Of a DNA stretch of 64,000 nucleotides, positions 14,451 through 27,140 are shown piece by piece. Location: assembly GCA_028534125.1 (NCBI GenBank), contig CM052817.1, positions 64,110,001 to 64,174,000 on the forward strand, read 5' to 3'. The first letter of the stretch is position 1. Each line of letters opens with the position of its first letter. The notes under the pieces are model-generated. The model did no database searches, was not told where the DNA came from, and saw only the letters and a list, made by a program, of their open reading frames with translations. The translations under genes were made by a program, and so were the position numbers. The stretch is from Lama glama (taxonomy: Eukaryota).

Positions 14451-15435
14451 ACGTTGTTTCCAAGAGGCATACATATTCTCTCTTCTTTGGGAAATTATCT
14501 TATTTCATTCAGCCCTACTTGAGGGAGTAGGGAGAAAATTATATATACATATATGTATACACATATATATATATCACACAAATTTATATACATATACACA
14601 TACATATAAAAATTTCAAGCATGAAAATTACTGTTTTACTGGGTTTGTGTAATCAAAGTAGAGGACAAAATTGCTTCTAATTTTTTCTCCCTCCAAGTTT
14701 GACTTTCAGAAAAAAGAATCAACAAAAAATTGATAGCCCCAAAATAAAGTTTAGAGAGGAGCAGTTCATACTTTTGGGACCTTGATCAGAATAGGTAATC
14801 ATCAGGTTCTGCTTCTATGCAACCTATAGGGATATGTTATACATTAACGTTCCTAGTTCAAGGGAATTTCTGTGTTGGGCCACAAGCCTCTACTTCAGAT
14901 GAGATTTCTGGTGAGTCAGGATCAGCCTATAAGTAGTTTATAATTTACCTTTGTTCTAGAAAAACCAATGCAAATAATGTGAGGGGAAAAACATTTTTAC
15001 TGATAGTCACTTCTGTTTAGTTGTCCAAGTGTGTGTGCCTCCTGTGTTTAAAGACATTATAGTGCATTCAGGGTAATGAAGCATGTATATCAACAAGTAA
15101 AAATAGGACTCTATGTGTTAAATGCTGTAAGAAGATACACAGCAGGGTTCTAGAAGGGAGCTCATTTGTGTTTGAGCTCTTCCAATGGTATTAGTAGAGG
15201 AGGAAGCAGTTAATCTGCATAGGATTTGGACATGTGGAGAGAGAGTTAAAAGATTTTTCAGGAGCACAGAAAAGCATCTTCAAAGGTATATAATATAATA
15301 TAAAGAGAGATATGCCTGGGACCCAGGTTGCAGAAGGCCTTGTACAATGGGGAGCCATTGAAGGTATTTGAGCAAAAGAGTTAAATATTCAAATTGTTAC
15401 CATGGAAAAAGTTAATTTGAAACATTATAAGATTG

Positions 15436-15614
15436 GCAGTCATGCTTAATAAGAAGTATGCATCTGAAACAGGGAACTTTTTCCAAGTACATTTTCTTGG
15501 CCACAGCCTAAAACCAGAAATCAGAATCTCTGAGGCTAGAATCTAACCTATCATCTATCTTCTGCAAAAAACCCCCCAAAACTCTGATGCACATTCTTAC
15601 TTAAGAGCCATTGG
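15436..15614. mobile_element. MER5-family hAT MITE inside an L2-like region
   Basis: aaatcagaatctctgagg...tctgatgcaca...ttaagagccattg resembles the MER5B/MER5A 3' half. Confidence 0.5.
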
Positions 15615-15664
15615 ACAGTGGACTTGATGCACATTCTTACTTAAAAGCCATTGGACAGTGGACT
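15585..15664 (+). repeat. 40-bp direct tandem duplication (2 copies, 1 mismatch)
   Basis: tgatgcacattcttacttaa(g/a)agccattggacagtggact at 15585-15624 and 15625-15664. Confidence 0.95.
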
Positions 15665-18600
15665 AGATGAAGAATAACCAGTTAGAAGCTTATTGTTTCT
15701 TCTGAAACTTGAAAAATAAAGAGAACAGGAAGGAAGAGGTGTGTGTGTGTGTGAGAGAGAGAGAAAAGAGAAAAAAGAGAAAAAGACAAGAAAGAGAAAA
15801 AAGGGAGAATTCAAGAAGGACTCAAGTAAGAGTAAAAAATCTTGGAGTCCAAAATTTGGGTCTGGATAACACTAACAGCAGAAATAGATCTCAACCAGAT
15901 GGGTATGTTTGGAGATTTGTTGAAGTGCTGTTGTCATATTCAGGTGACAGAGCTTTGGGATTCATGCACTTGAAAGTGATAGTTGACCCGTAGGCATAGA
16001 AGGAATATTTAAAGGAAAGCATGAGGTAAACAGCTATATTTAGGATATATAACTGAAGGAGCTTGTGAAGAAGCACTGAAAGATTGGAGGAAAACAAGTT
16101 TCTTGTCATGGATTCCAAAGAGTTGGATAGTCAACAGTGTCAGGTACTGCCAAGAAAAAAAAGTACTAAATTTTGATGATTTTGACTAACAGACATTCAC
16201 GTTTTAAAAAACATCTTTAAGTTGAGTCTTGTGGAGAAAGAAATCAAATCTCAGGGGCGATGGTGAGTAATGAGGAAATGAAGGGAAAGTATCAACTTTC
16301 TAAAAGTTTAATGAGAAAAGAGACAGTAGTGGTTTGTGGAAAGGGCTGCATTTTGAGTGTAATTAGAGTAGTGTAAACAGTAACATATTTGTTGGGCTAG
16401 AACCCTATGGACAAGGACAGAGTAAATTTCCTAGAAGGGATAATTAATGGTGAAGGATCATAGGTGAAAAAAGAAATGAAATCTTGAATCCGAGTAAACA
16501 GAATTGGTGTTTGAATGAGAAAGAACACTTCTGCCTTAGAGAAAAATGGCAGAATATATGTTAAAGTATTAAAAAAAAATTTAAGGTACTACAGAGGGCA
16601 TTCAAAAGAATGTTTCTCGCATGGCTTTCATCTTCGCAGTAAAGTAGAAGTCAGGCCCATTATTAATAAAATTCAGCAGCAAGGTGATGGTAGGAAACTT
16701 GTGGTGTGGGGGAAGAGTTCGGAACTTGCAGGGTGGGGCATGTTATAAACAGTCATGAAGATATGGTTTTTTTAAATAACCAAATGGTAATGAAGTTTTA
16801 CTGTAGTTAGAGATCTTGATTTGGCATTCATTTATTGGTGTGTGTTGTGCACTTAGAGTGTGTGCAGGTTAAGGAGTTATTTTGTACTTGAATGAGTCGA
16901 CAGGAAAGAGCCACTGAAAATAACTTGAATTGGTATTTTCAGTTTCATAGAAGGATATAGTTTATATTGAAATGAAAAGAGAAGGGAGGCAGAGATATCA
17001 AGACGCCATTATAGTAGGCCAGGTATGCTGTGGCAAATAATGACTATAGCAGAAAGAGTGAAATTAAATTTTAAAGTAAGATTGGATTGTTTATCATCAG
17101 TTTGGTTGGTTCTTGCAAAGTACTTCACCAGATTTAAAGAGTGTTAAATATTTAACTAATAACCCTTCAAATAGTTTATACTTTGAGGAACTATGATCTT
17201 TCCATTTTTGTGTTTGATATTACATTCAGATCCCTTTTGTTTATTAAAATGATTTAAAAATCTAAGAATCTGTAAATTTTTATCTTAATAAAACTTGTGC
17301 AAAGAACACATTATATAGCTGCTTTTTTCCAATGCTTAGTTAGCTATTAAGTATCATGTTTTAAAAAAGCTAATGCTTTGTTAGAGAAATGGAATTACAC
17401 TTTTCAGGTAGTTGTGATCAATTTTATACGTAAGAAAAGTGGAGGCAACATGTGAGGGAGACTTGCACATGGCAAAAGTATTAATGATTTTTCTTTAGTT
17501 CAATAAGAAGTCATATATATTTTTCCCCTTACTTTTACTTACCTTTGTTACCCTAATTGATCTGTTAAAGGTGAACTCAAAGTATAGACACTTTAAACAT
17601 AAAATTTCTAGTCTGCTTAGTAAAACTCGGTTAATACATATTATCCTCTGCTGTTCTTAATTGTGTTCTGTCTGGTTTTATTTTTCTATTTTTCTTCTTT
17701 GTAAACAACCTGAAGTACTGGAAGCTTTCTCTGCTTTTAATCAGAGTTATCAATGCTATAAGTTTGGGATATTTTCCTTGGCTGGGAAGGAATATAAAAG
17801 ATAAATACTATTTATAGGTGAATAATCACATTCTTCATGAGTGGAATAGCACTTTTGAAAAATTGTGCTGTTATCACTGTTCTAAATCGTAACTATATAT
17901 ATGTGTACACAATACATGTACATAATCTAGCATAGTTTATAAGTATGAAATAGTTTGATACAAAAGCATCTCATATTTAAAATAATTAGAATAAAATTTA
18001 ATTTTGATCATGAGCAATTAGACTAATAAATTGGAGCAATAAATTATTTATGTTGTTAACTGAATAATGTTCAGAAGTCACTTAAGGTAATTTTATGATA
18101 TAGCTGATGTTGATTAATAATTTGTTTATAGAAATACAGATATTCAATCTTTTGCTGATAATATAAAAATATAGGGAATAGTGTAGCTTCAGTGATTTCT
18201 TTAGCAAATGTATTGTGACTTATAGATGCTCTATTATTATATAAAGACTTTTTTGAAAAAATTAGAATTGTCAACAATTTTTACTGATGTGAGAAATTTA
18301 TGGTCTATAAAATTTAATACTAACATCAGTAGGCACATCAAAGCTGTGTCCATTAAATGCTGCACTGTGACCTATTTTTAAGCTGCATCTGTGGATCTAG
18401 TGCTTTCCTCTCCTGATCCTGCTTTATAGATGTAAATATTTAAATATATTTGAAAATTTTCTGCTTTAAATAAAGGCGAAATTTAAACCTGAATGTAATA
18501 CACAAAATTACAAGCTTTATGCTTCTTTTTTGATATATGGGTATTTAACAGTCATGGTGTTTATTTCATGACTCATCTTTATGATTTCACTGATGTAACA

Positions 18601-19637
18601 TTTATAGCTTTTGCATTTATATCTGGTCTTTCATGCATTTTACCTGCACCTGGATGGTGAATAAGTTGTTTTTTGAATTTCAGAAAAGATGTTGATGGGT
18701 TTAAATTTTTCATTTGAATGCTTAAAACATATTTGAATATGTCTGTGGTACATAATAGAAATTCTCTATTTTGACAAAATTAGATGGGGAAATATAAGTA
18801 CCAGAAGTTAATTTTCTTCCCTAGTATACTTCATAAATGTCTTTTGACTTTATCTTGAAAAACAATGTAGGTGTGTCTATTAAGCAATACCCTGCTCCAG
18901 GAAAGTAAAATAGGACCAGGCCAAATTAAAAGGCAATATATTTAAGAAGACTACAAAAAGTCCTTTATAATCATGCATATCAGAATAGCCAATATGTCTG
19001 ACTTACAAAAATATGACACCACTCCTAATGATTTAGATCATTGACTAACAACTTGTTATGGGTGACAAATAGGATTATAGTTTTTGCAGGCTACCAACTT
19101 TCTTGAATATGAAGACCCTCTTTTTAGCACCAGAAATAATTGTTCCCCCCACCTTTGAGGATACAGCTCACATACAGTAATGACTGTACTTCCAAAATTT
19201 GTTTATTAGGAAAATACATCTATACCATGTAGATTCGAAGGCTAGAATTTTTATATTGGAGGATAATCTTTGGTCATTTGCAAAATGTTTATTTTAAATC
19301 CAGTATTATGATGCCAAAGATTGCAAATCAAAAGAGACATGCCACCATAGTAGAATAATAAACTAGCAAAGATTTAACCTGTTTACTCTTCTTTTTTAAC
19401 CAGCCTTCCATACGACATGGAAAAAATTATCTCTACTCAGTGAGATTAGAAATAGAAACATGACCTTATGTCATTGAAGATACGTATTTATGTTCCTGCT
19501 TATAGAAAGTCTCAGTGCCTACACCTTGGGTCATATGATTTGAATGTTTTTTTTCCAGTAGTGATTATGAGTAAATCCCAGGGACTTCTCACTCTGTGCC
19601 TTTGTATTCTTTCATGTATGCATATGCAACAGATATT

Positions 19638-20440
19638 TTAATCAACAAGTATTGATTGAGCCCACTGTGTTCAGGGCATTGTGCCAGGTAATAGGGACTC
19701 CTAGATCTTATTTCTAAGATTCCTATCTTTGTGGGTCTTGTACAGGAGGGAATAGATAATAAACAAGTAAATACTACAAAAAGAAGATATTTATAGGTTA
19801 TAATAATTGATATCAAGGAAATAAATATGATGATGTAATGGAGAGTATCTGAAGGTGAAGAAAGTTCTCTCTGAGGGTGTTATTTGAGCTGTGGGTCTAA
19901 GAAATGGAATAAACTAGCTATTTAGAGAGAAGGGGAAGAATATTCCTTAGAGAAGTGTAGCAGTTGCAAAGCCCTGAGTGAGGAAAGAACTTGGTGTATT
20001 CAAAGAACAGGAAGGAGACCAAGGTATACCTGAGATGCAGTGAACAGGGAGAGTGTTGTACAGTAAAGTGGAAGGAATAAATGAGACCTAGATCATAGAG
20101 AACCTTGTGGGCCATCCCAGATAATGACAAGCTATTAGAGGGGATCTGACATAGATTTTGAGAACATTACTCTTGGAGCTGCAAGAAAAGTGGTCTGAGA
20201 AGGATGCAAGAGTTAAGAATGGAACTTGGACACCAGTTGTAAGACTTGTCCAGGAAATAGATAATGACTTGGATTAGGGCTGTGATGGTGAGGATAAGGG
20301 GCATCAGAAGAATTGGGGAAATATTTAGAGTTGTGGATGTATCAGGAATGAGGGGAAGGGAGAAATCAAGATTGATTCTTAGATTTGGGGCTTGAGCAGC
20401 TGCACAGAGGATGGGGCAGTCTACTGATAAAGGAAAGAAC
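19638..20440 (-). mobile_element. L2 LINE 3' portion
   Basis: Starts tcaacaagtattgattgagcccactgtgt (reverse L2 3' end), then purine-rich L2 body such as gaggaaagaacttggtgtattcaaagaacaggaaggagacca. Confidence 0.75.
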
Positions 20441-20759
20441 AGAGGGTTATTTTGTTGTGTTTTTCTGAGTTTTGTGATTGCTGCTTAGTTTTATTTTATT
20501 TTATTTTGCTGGTGACAGTAGTAAATCTGAGTTTCTTAATAGAGATATGCAATATAAAAATGGCAGGTGAGAAATTTCTGTATCTTCATATTCTTACATG
20601 CTTTGGGGATAAACATTCAACAATTTTAAATAATTTCTCATGTTAGCAAAATGTTCAGATGTTACTTGGATAGAATATGTAGATTCAAGGAACTATGAAA
20701 AATGAGAAAGCTTAAGAGAAATAAGCCACCTAGACTTTATAAAATTTTTAAATAGAACA

Positions 20760-20890
20760 GACTTTTAGAAGTCATCTAATCCATCCCTTCCAAATTTTAC
20801 AGATAAGGAAACTGAGGCCTGAGAGTTCAAATGACTTTTCAGGATTAATAGCTTAACTGGTGGTAGTTTGAACTATAATTCATATCTCTA
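20760..20890 (-). mobile_element. MIR core
   Basis: gtcatctaatcca...attttacagataaggaaactgaggcctgagag...aaatgact. Confidence 0.8.
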
Positions 20891-22426
20891 ATTCATTTTC
20901 TCTAAGTACTATAACTGTAGAAGTTATCACTTTGATAAATATGTCAGTACTTCATCCAGTACCTTTATGCTTCAGTATTCATTGTTCAGCTCTTAGAATT
21001 GCAGATACAGGAATATATTGTAATAATCTTACTAAAAGCTAATCCTAAACCTATATTTTGTTTAATCTGTTACTAGTCACAAAAGTAAAATTTACCTCAT
21101 TTGCAAGAAGGTGGAGCAGAACCAAGTGATTAAGGAAAAGCTTTTCACATTTTTCCAAATCTGAGAACTTCATGTAAAAAAGTATGTGTGTGTACATGCT
21201 TTATCATGCTTGAGCCTTTGTTCTTGTCACTTTCACTAAATGTAGAATGTGTGAAATACTGACTTCTCTTTTTATTTATTGGGAAATAAAGAACATTTGG
21301 ACTTGATCAGGATTTTTAGTAAAACTAAGGAAATACAATTAAAAATCTGAGAGTTTTACTATTCTTGATAAACCAGCTAGAAAACCATAGGTAAACTCTT
21401 CAAGTTTTCAGACAAATATCTACTGCTTTATACTATTTTTTCTGCACACAAGGCATATAGATAATAAAAATTAAAATTATGCTGTTCTTACTAATTTGCT
21501 TGAATAAATTCTTTTTTGGGGTGAAAAATAATAGAAGGGGATATATAAACATCTTACATATCTTAATAAATATTTTAAATTGTTTTATTCAACTGTTGCT
21601 GATACACATTTTTAAATTTCTCTAATTTATTGCTATAGCAAAGTGAGCTTTTCTATTTAGTAGCTCTCTAACATAGAATTATTTCTCATACTGTGCTCCA
21701 AAATAAATAAATCTGAGTTTAAAGCAGCAAAACCATAATAACATGTCAAATTAGCAGCAAAAAAAGCTCCTGAGTAACCTGAAAAACCTTCCTACAATAA
21801 GCAATGATAAAAGAACATGTTCTTTTCTTTGGACAGCTTGTTATTTAAGTGAAAACCAGGTGATGGTTGTTTTTTTTCTCTCTCTTTCTTCCACATAATA
21901 TATGGCTCAGTTAAGTATTTAATATATGTTATTTGTATCACCTAATCTTTATTAGACCAGATCAGTATTGTATAGTGCTTTATAATAAAAGGAAGAAATG
22001 AAGATATACCAAATTATTTTTCAGATTGATATATATTTCATGAAGCCAAAACTGAATGAAAATCAGGCAATTTTTTAAAAGTAATTTGATGTTAAAATTG
22101 ACTGACTAACAACCAAGCCTCTAGGTGAAAATATTTAATGATTTCTGAGCATGGAATCAATTGTCTCATTCTTGCATGAAGGTCTACTACGTATTGTAAG
22201 ATTAATTAGGAGAGTTATACATTAAAAGCAGTTTCATAGAATGAGGCTAATGCTTTTCTATAGTGTACACATTGATTTTGGAGGAGAAGCCCTATGCTTA
22301 CTTAGATCTGAGGCTAAGGTTTCACTTCAATTTAATATACATTTATTTAAGTACCTCTTATGCTCAGGAATACATACGTTGTCCTTTCTTTTGAGAATTT
22401 CTGATTTTTACAGTATTTGAGAACTT

Positions 22427-23307
22427 AAAAAAAATATTTTATTGAAGTACAGTCAGTTACAATGTCTCAATTTCTGGTATACAGGATAATGTCCCAATCA
22501 TACATATACCTACATATATTCATTTTCATATTCTTTTTCATTAAAGGTTATTATAAAATATTGAATAGTAGTTCTGTGTACTATACAGAAGAAATTTTTT
22601 AAAATCTGTTTTTATATATAGTGGCTAACATTTTTCAAACTCCCAGATTTATCCCTTCCCACCCTCTTTCCCCAGGTAACCATAAGATTGTTTACTATAT
22701 TGGGATCTGTTTCTGTTTTGTAGATGAGATCATTAGTGTCCTCATTTTCCTTTTTCTTTTTCTTTTTTTTTTTTTTTTTTAGATTCCACATATGAGTGTA
22801 TGATACCATATGGTATTTTTCTTTGTCTTTTGGCTTACTTCACTTAGAATGACAATCTCTAGGTCCATTGATGTTGCTGCAAATGGCATTGTTTGTTTTC
22901 TTTTTATGACTGAATAGTATTCCATTGTGTAAATATACCTCAACTTCTTTATCCAATCATCTGTTGATGGACATTTAGATTGCTTCCATGTCTTGGCTAT
23001 TGTATATGGTGCTGCTGTGAACATTGGGGTGCATGTATCTTTTTGAATTAGAGTTCCCTCCAGATATATATACCAAGCAGTGGGATTGCTGGATCACATG
23101 GTAATTTTTTAGTCTATTTTTAGTTTTTTGAGGAATCTCCATACCATTTTCCATAATGGCGGCACCAGACTACATTCCCCCAGCAGTGTAGGTGGGTTCC
23201 CTTTTCTGCACACCCTCTCCAGCATTTATTGTTAGTGGACTTTTTAATGTTGGCCATTCTGAGTGGTGTGAGGTGATACCTCATTGTAGTTTTGATTTGC
23301 ATTTCTC
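22427..23307 (-). mobile_element. Relatively young 5'-truncated L1 (ORF2 C-terminus plus 3' UTR)
   Basis: Minus-strand ORFs [25 protein letters not shown] and IAKTWKQSKCPSTDDWIKK..YIYTMEYY are L1 ORF2 C-terminal motifs. Flanked by a tgagaactt direct repeat (22418-22426 and 23308-23316), a TSD. Confidence 0.92.
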
Positions 23308-23399
23308 TGAGAACTTCTTAAATATAACTTTTCAGTGGCACATCACATTCTTTTAACTGTAATAGTGCTCAATAACCGTATACTCATAAACATACATCT

Positions 23400-23915
23400 A
23401 CTATAAGATCCAGCTATTCAATTTCCAGATATTTAACCAAAAACTTGTACATCAACATTCAGTGCAGCCATATTCACAGTAGGTCCAAATTAGAACCATC
23501 CCAAATGTCTTACCAATGTAGGTGAACAGATTTTTAAAAAATTGGGACACATCCACACAATGGAATATTGTTCAACAATAAAGAATAAACCACTTGCATT
23601 CCTGAAACTGTGTATGAATCTCAAAAGCATTAGGCTGAGATAAAGAACCTAGACATAAAAAGAATACATACTATATCCATACTATATGAATGTATGTTTA
23701 ATGCAAACTAATTTAGAGTGACAGAAAACAGTGGTTGTTTGGGCCGGGGTGGAGGGAAAGATGGCCTGCAAAGGGACATGAGGAATCTTTTGATTGTGAT
23801 GAAATGCTTTGTATCTTGATGGTATAGGTAGTTTCTAGGGTGGACAGAGTTGTCAAAACTCATTGATTATATATTTTAAATCTATGTAGTTTATTTTACA
23901 TAAATTTTTCCTCAA
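23400..23915 (+). mobile_element. Old L1M 3' fragment
   Basis: gatccagctattca...cccaaatgtc...catccacacaatggaatatt...atgaatctcaaaagcatt...ttgtcaaaactcatt. Confidence 0.7.
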
Positions 23916-24789
23916 TAGAGTTAATAAGGAAGGGGATCCAGTCAGAATCTAAACAAGACAGTACATAGTTTTGTTTTGTTTTTAATACACATAATAAATG
24001 CCAGTAAGGACTTGAAAGCCATTCTGGAAACCATGAGCATGAATCTTTTTCTGACCCTTCTGGGTAAAATTTATTTATTTGTGCTTCCATTGTACTCTGA
24101 AAACTTAATTGTTTTTACTGCTTAAATATTTTTATTCATACTTTTCTCTCCTGAACTGTGAATTATTTATCTTTGTATTGTCCAAACCTACCTCAGTATG
24201 TGAAGCATCATAGATATCCCTGAAACAGTCAGAATCGATGCTATTTTGGCCCCAGGTCTTAAAATACTTTACTTAAACTGAGTATGTAATTTATATCATT
24301 ATCAGTAGTTTAAGGAACTATTACTCCTATTAAATAAGATTTAATTTAGATTACAGATGAGCTAAAGAAAACTTTAATTTTACTGTATAAATCTACCTGT
24401 TATTATGGATTCATAATTTATAGATCTTAGGTGAATATGCTTATGTTTATCATGAACATTTAATTTCTGTGAAGTTTTATTTAAACCTCCTTTCTCATTT
24501 TTCCTCCATCTGTTTCTCTAGAGAGGTACATATTCTCTTCTCTGTGCTTCCATAACACCCTATAAAAAAAAACTGTATTGAAGCTTTTATTCTGTTTACT
24601 GTTCTATCTTCCTCACTGAAATAGAAACTCTATAAAAGTAAGGCCTTCTTGTACTCCTGTTTATATCCACTTTGCCTGACATAAAGGCTAATTTAATATT
24701 AATAAGTATGTGTTCTATAATTGAATGTGTCATTTTTCCTTGGGTAAATTGAGTAATTTTTATTTCTCGCACTTATCTTCATTATTGGC

Positions 24790-25960
24790 TTTCTATACAT
24801 TTAAAAAAATTTTTAGTGGTAACCCATATATATCTTTAACTTATCAGAGTTTACCATCAAATATGATATCACATATAGTTTAATAATCTTTATAACTGTG
24901 TACTTCCAATTCCACTGTCCCATCCTTTGTGCTATATAGTCATATATTTCGTTTTTACATATGTTAGAGGCCCTGCAATATATTGTTGTTATTTATACTT
25001 TAAACAGTCAGTTATTTTTAAAAACAGGAGAAAAACTTTTTATATTTACTTTGATTTTTATCATTTTTACTCTCCCTCATTTCTTTGGGTAGATTCAAAT
25101 TTTTGTCTAGTACTGTACACTTTCTGCCTGAAAAAAATTTGGTTAACAAGCTTTTTTTTTCCTTTTAATACTTCAGAGGTGTTTTTACATTGTTTTCTAG
25201 CTTGCATAGTTTTAGATGAGAATTCTGCTGTATTATAGTTTTGCTATTCCAAATATTAATTTTCCCCTACTCTGGCTGCCTGTAAAAGATTCTCTCTCTT
25301 TTTTTTTTTTTTTTTAATTTTTCAGCAGCTTGGCTATTTGGTCTGTTTCTGTTTTGTTTTCTTTGCTGGAGGGTAAAGGTGGTCCCTAAACTTTTTAGAT
25401 TTGTAGCATGATGTCTTTCATTATTTTTGGAAAATTCTCAGCTGTTAACTCTTTAAATATCTCTTCTACCCTGTTCTCAATTGCTTCTCTTTCTGAGATT
25501 CCAATTACACCTATGTTAGATCATTTGCTATTTTCTCTCAGTTCTTAGGTTCTTTGGGGTTTCCCCCCCCTCTTTTTGTCTTTTTTTGTTTTAATTTTTA
25601 TTGTTTCTATTGATCTACAAGTTCACTGAGTCTCTGGTTTTATGAGTCTACTGTTCAGCCTTTTGAAATAATTCTTCATCTTTGATATTATCTTTCATTT
25701 CTGGCATCTCCATTTAACTCTTACAGTTGCCGTTTCTCTGCAAAATTCCACATCTGTTCATGGATTTTTAAAGTCTGTTAATTCTAACATCTGGGTCACC
25801 TGTGAGTCTCATTCTGATGATTGATTTATCTCTTGACTTGGTTTAGTTTTTTTTTCCTGTTTTTAAAATTCATCTCTTAATTTTTTATCAAATGCTGGAC
25901 ATTGTTTGTAGAAAAATGGTAGAGATTAACAATATTTAATCACTATAAATAAGCACACTT
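24790..25960 (-). mobile_element. Old L1M/HAL1 ORF1-region remnant
   Basis: T-rich degenerate antisense L1 ORF1 motifs such as ttttggaaaattctcagc, attccaattacacctatgttaga and ttctagcttgcatagttt..gatgagaattctgctg. Confidence 0.55.
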
Positions 25961-26656
25961 CCTTTTATTTCAGGCAGCTAGTAAGGGGTGTACTTCCAGC
26001 CAATCTAGTCATAAGTTGAGCTGGGTTCACGTTTTGCTTTTGATAACTTTATTTCAGTGCTGTAGTTTTCAAAACTTTAATACTGGGCTGTTCTTATTCT
26101 GTGCTTAGAGTAAGGGTGCTGGAGAACTCTTTATGGTGTTCCTGCTTTCTCTTCAGCCTTTAGCCATTCATGCATGCCTGTACCACAAGGAGATTCTCTC
26201 CATACTCTGGTTCCTCTCCCCAAAATAGAGTGCTATTGACAAGCACTATGCAGAACATCCATCACTGTTGTTTTTTAGTCTATAAAGGAAAAGCCCATTT
26301 CTAAAAATTTTGGTGCTAAGTAGAAAAAAAAATTCAGAGATAGATTAATTAGGAAAGAAGCTGTAATTTTCCTTTGGTTATACCCATATCATAGTTGCTA
26401 CATGTGACTAGATAATTAAATAAATAAACAAATAATTAAAACCATATATTGATTAAATAATTAAATGTCTTATATTATTGATTAAGTAATTAATGTCCTT
26501 TATTAATCATATCTGAGATATGTTATTGTTAGTAAACTGAAAACTGTAAAAGTACTGTAAGAGGTATAAAATCTAAATATATATTTAAGGCTTACTTAAT
26601 GTCAAATACTCTTTTTTTTTAATAGGAAGATATTTCACGTTGTTTATGTAGAGGAG

Positions 26657-27140
26657 TGTGTTAGTTTCCTAGTGCTCCTGTAACAAAGTACCACAAACGT
26701 AAAGCAACAAAATGTCTTAAAACAACAGAGTGGCTTAAAACAATAGAAATTTATTATTTTACGGTTGTGGAGGCTGTATCCAAAATCAAGTATCAGTAGG
26801 ACCATGCTCCCTTTAAACCTGTAAGCAAAGAGGCACCCTCCCCCCCTTTTTTTTCCTGGCTCTTCCAAGCTTCTGGTGTCCTCAGAAATTCCTTGTAGCA
26901 GCAAATTCCAGTGTCTGCTGCCTTCATTCACATGACTGTCTTCCCCTTTTGTGTTTTCATCTCTTCACATGGCATTCTCTCTGCATCTCTCTTTTCTTTT
27001 TATAAGAATACCAGCTATATTGGACCCTACTCCATACTCATCTTAACTGATCTCTCTGCAGTGACCCTATTTCCAAATAAAGTCTGAAGTACTGGAAGTT
27101 AGAATTTGAACATATATTTTGGGGAGACACAGTTCAGTAA
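26657..27140 (-). mobile_element. MLT1C/D-like solo LTR
   Basis: tgtgttagtttcctag..gct..tgtaacaaagtaccacaaac...gtggcttaaaacaatagaaatttatt...gaccctatttccaaataa...ttttggggagacacagttca. Confidence 0.8.

Noticed and set aside
15585..15664. CRISPR-like direct repeats
   Set aside because: Only two adjacent copies with no spacer, in a mammalian intron. No prokaryotic system is present in this window.
26410..26510. Degenerate AT-rich duplications (also 9383-9420, 32788-32820, 49866-49906)
   Set aside because: Low-complexity slippage products with no sign of function.
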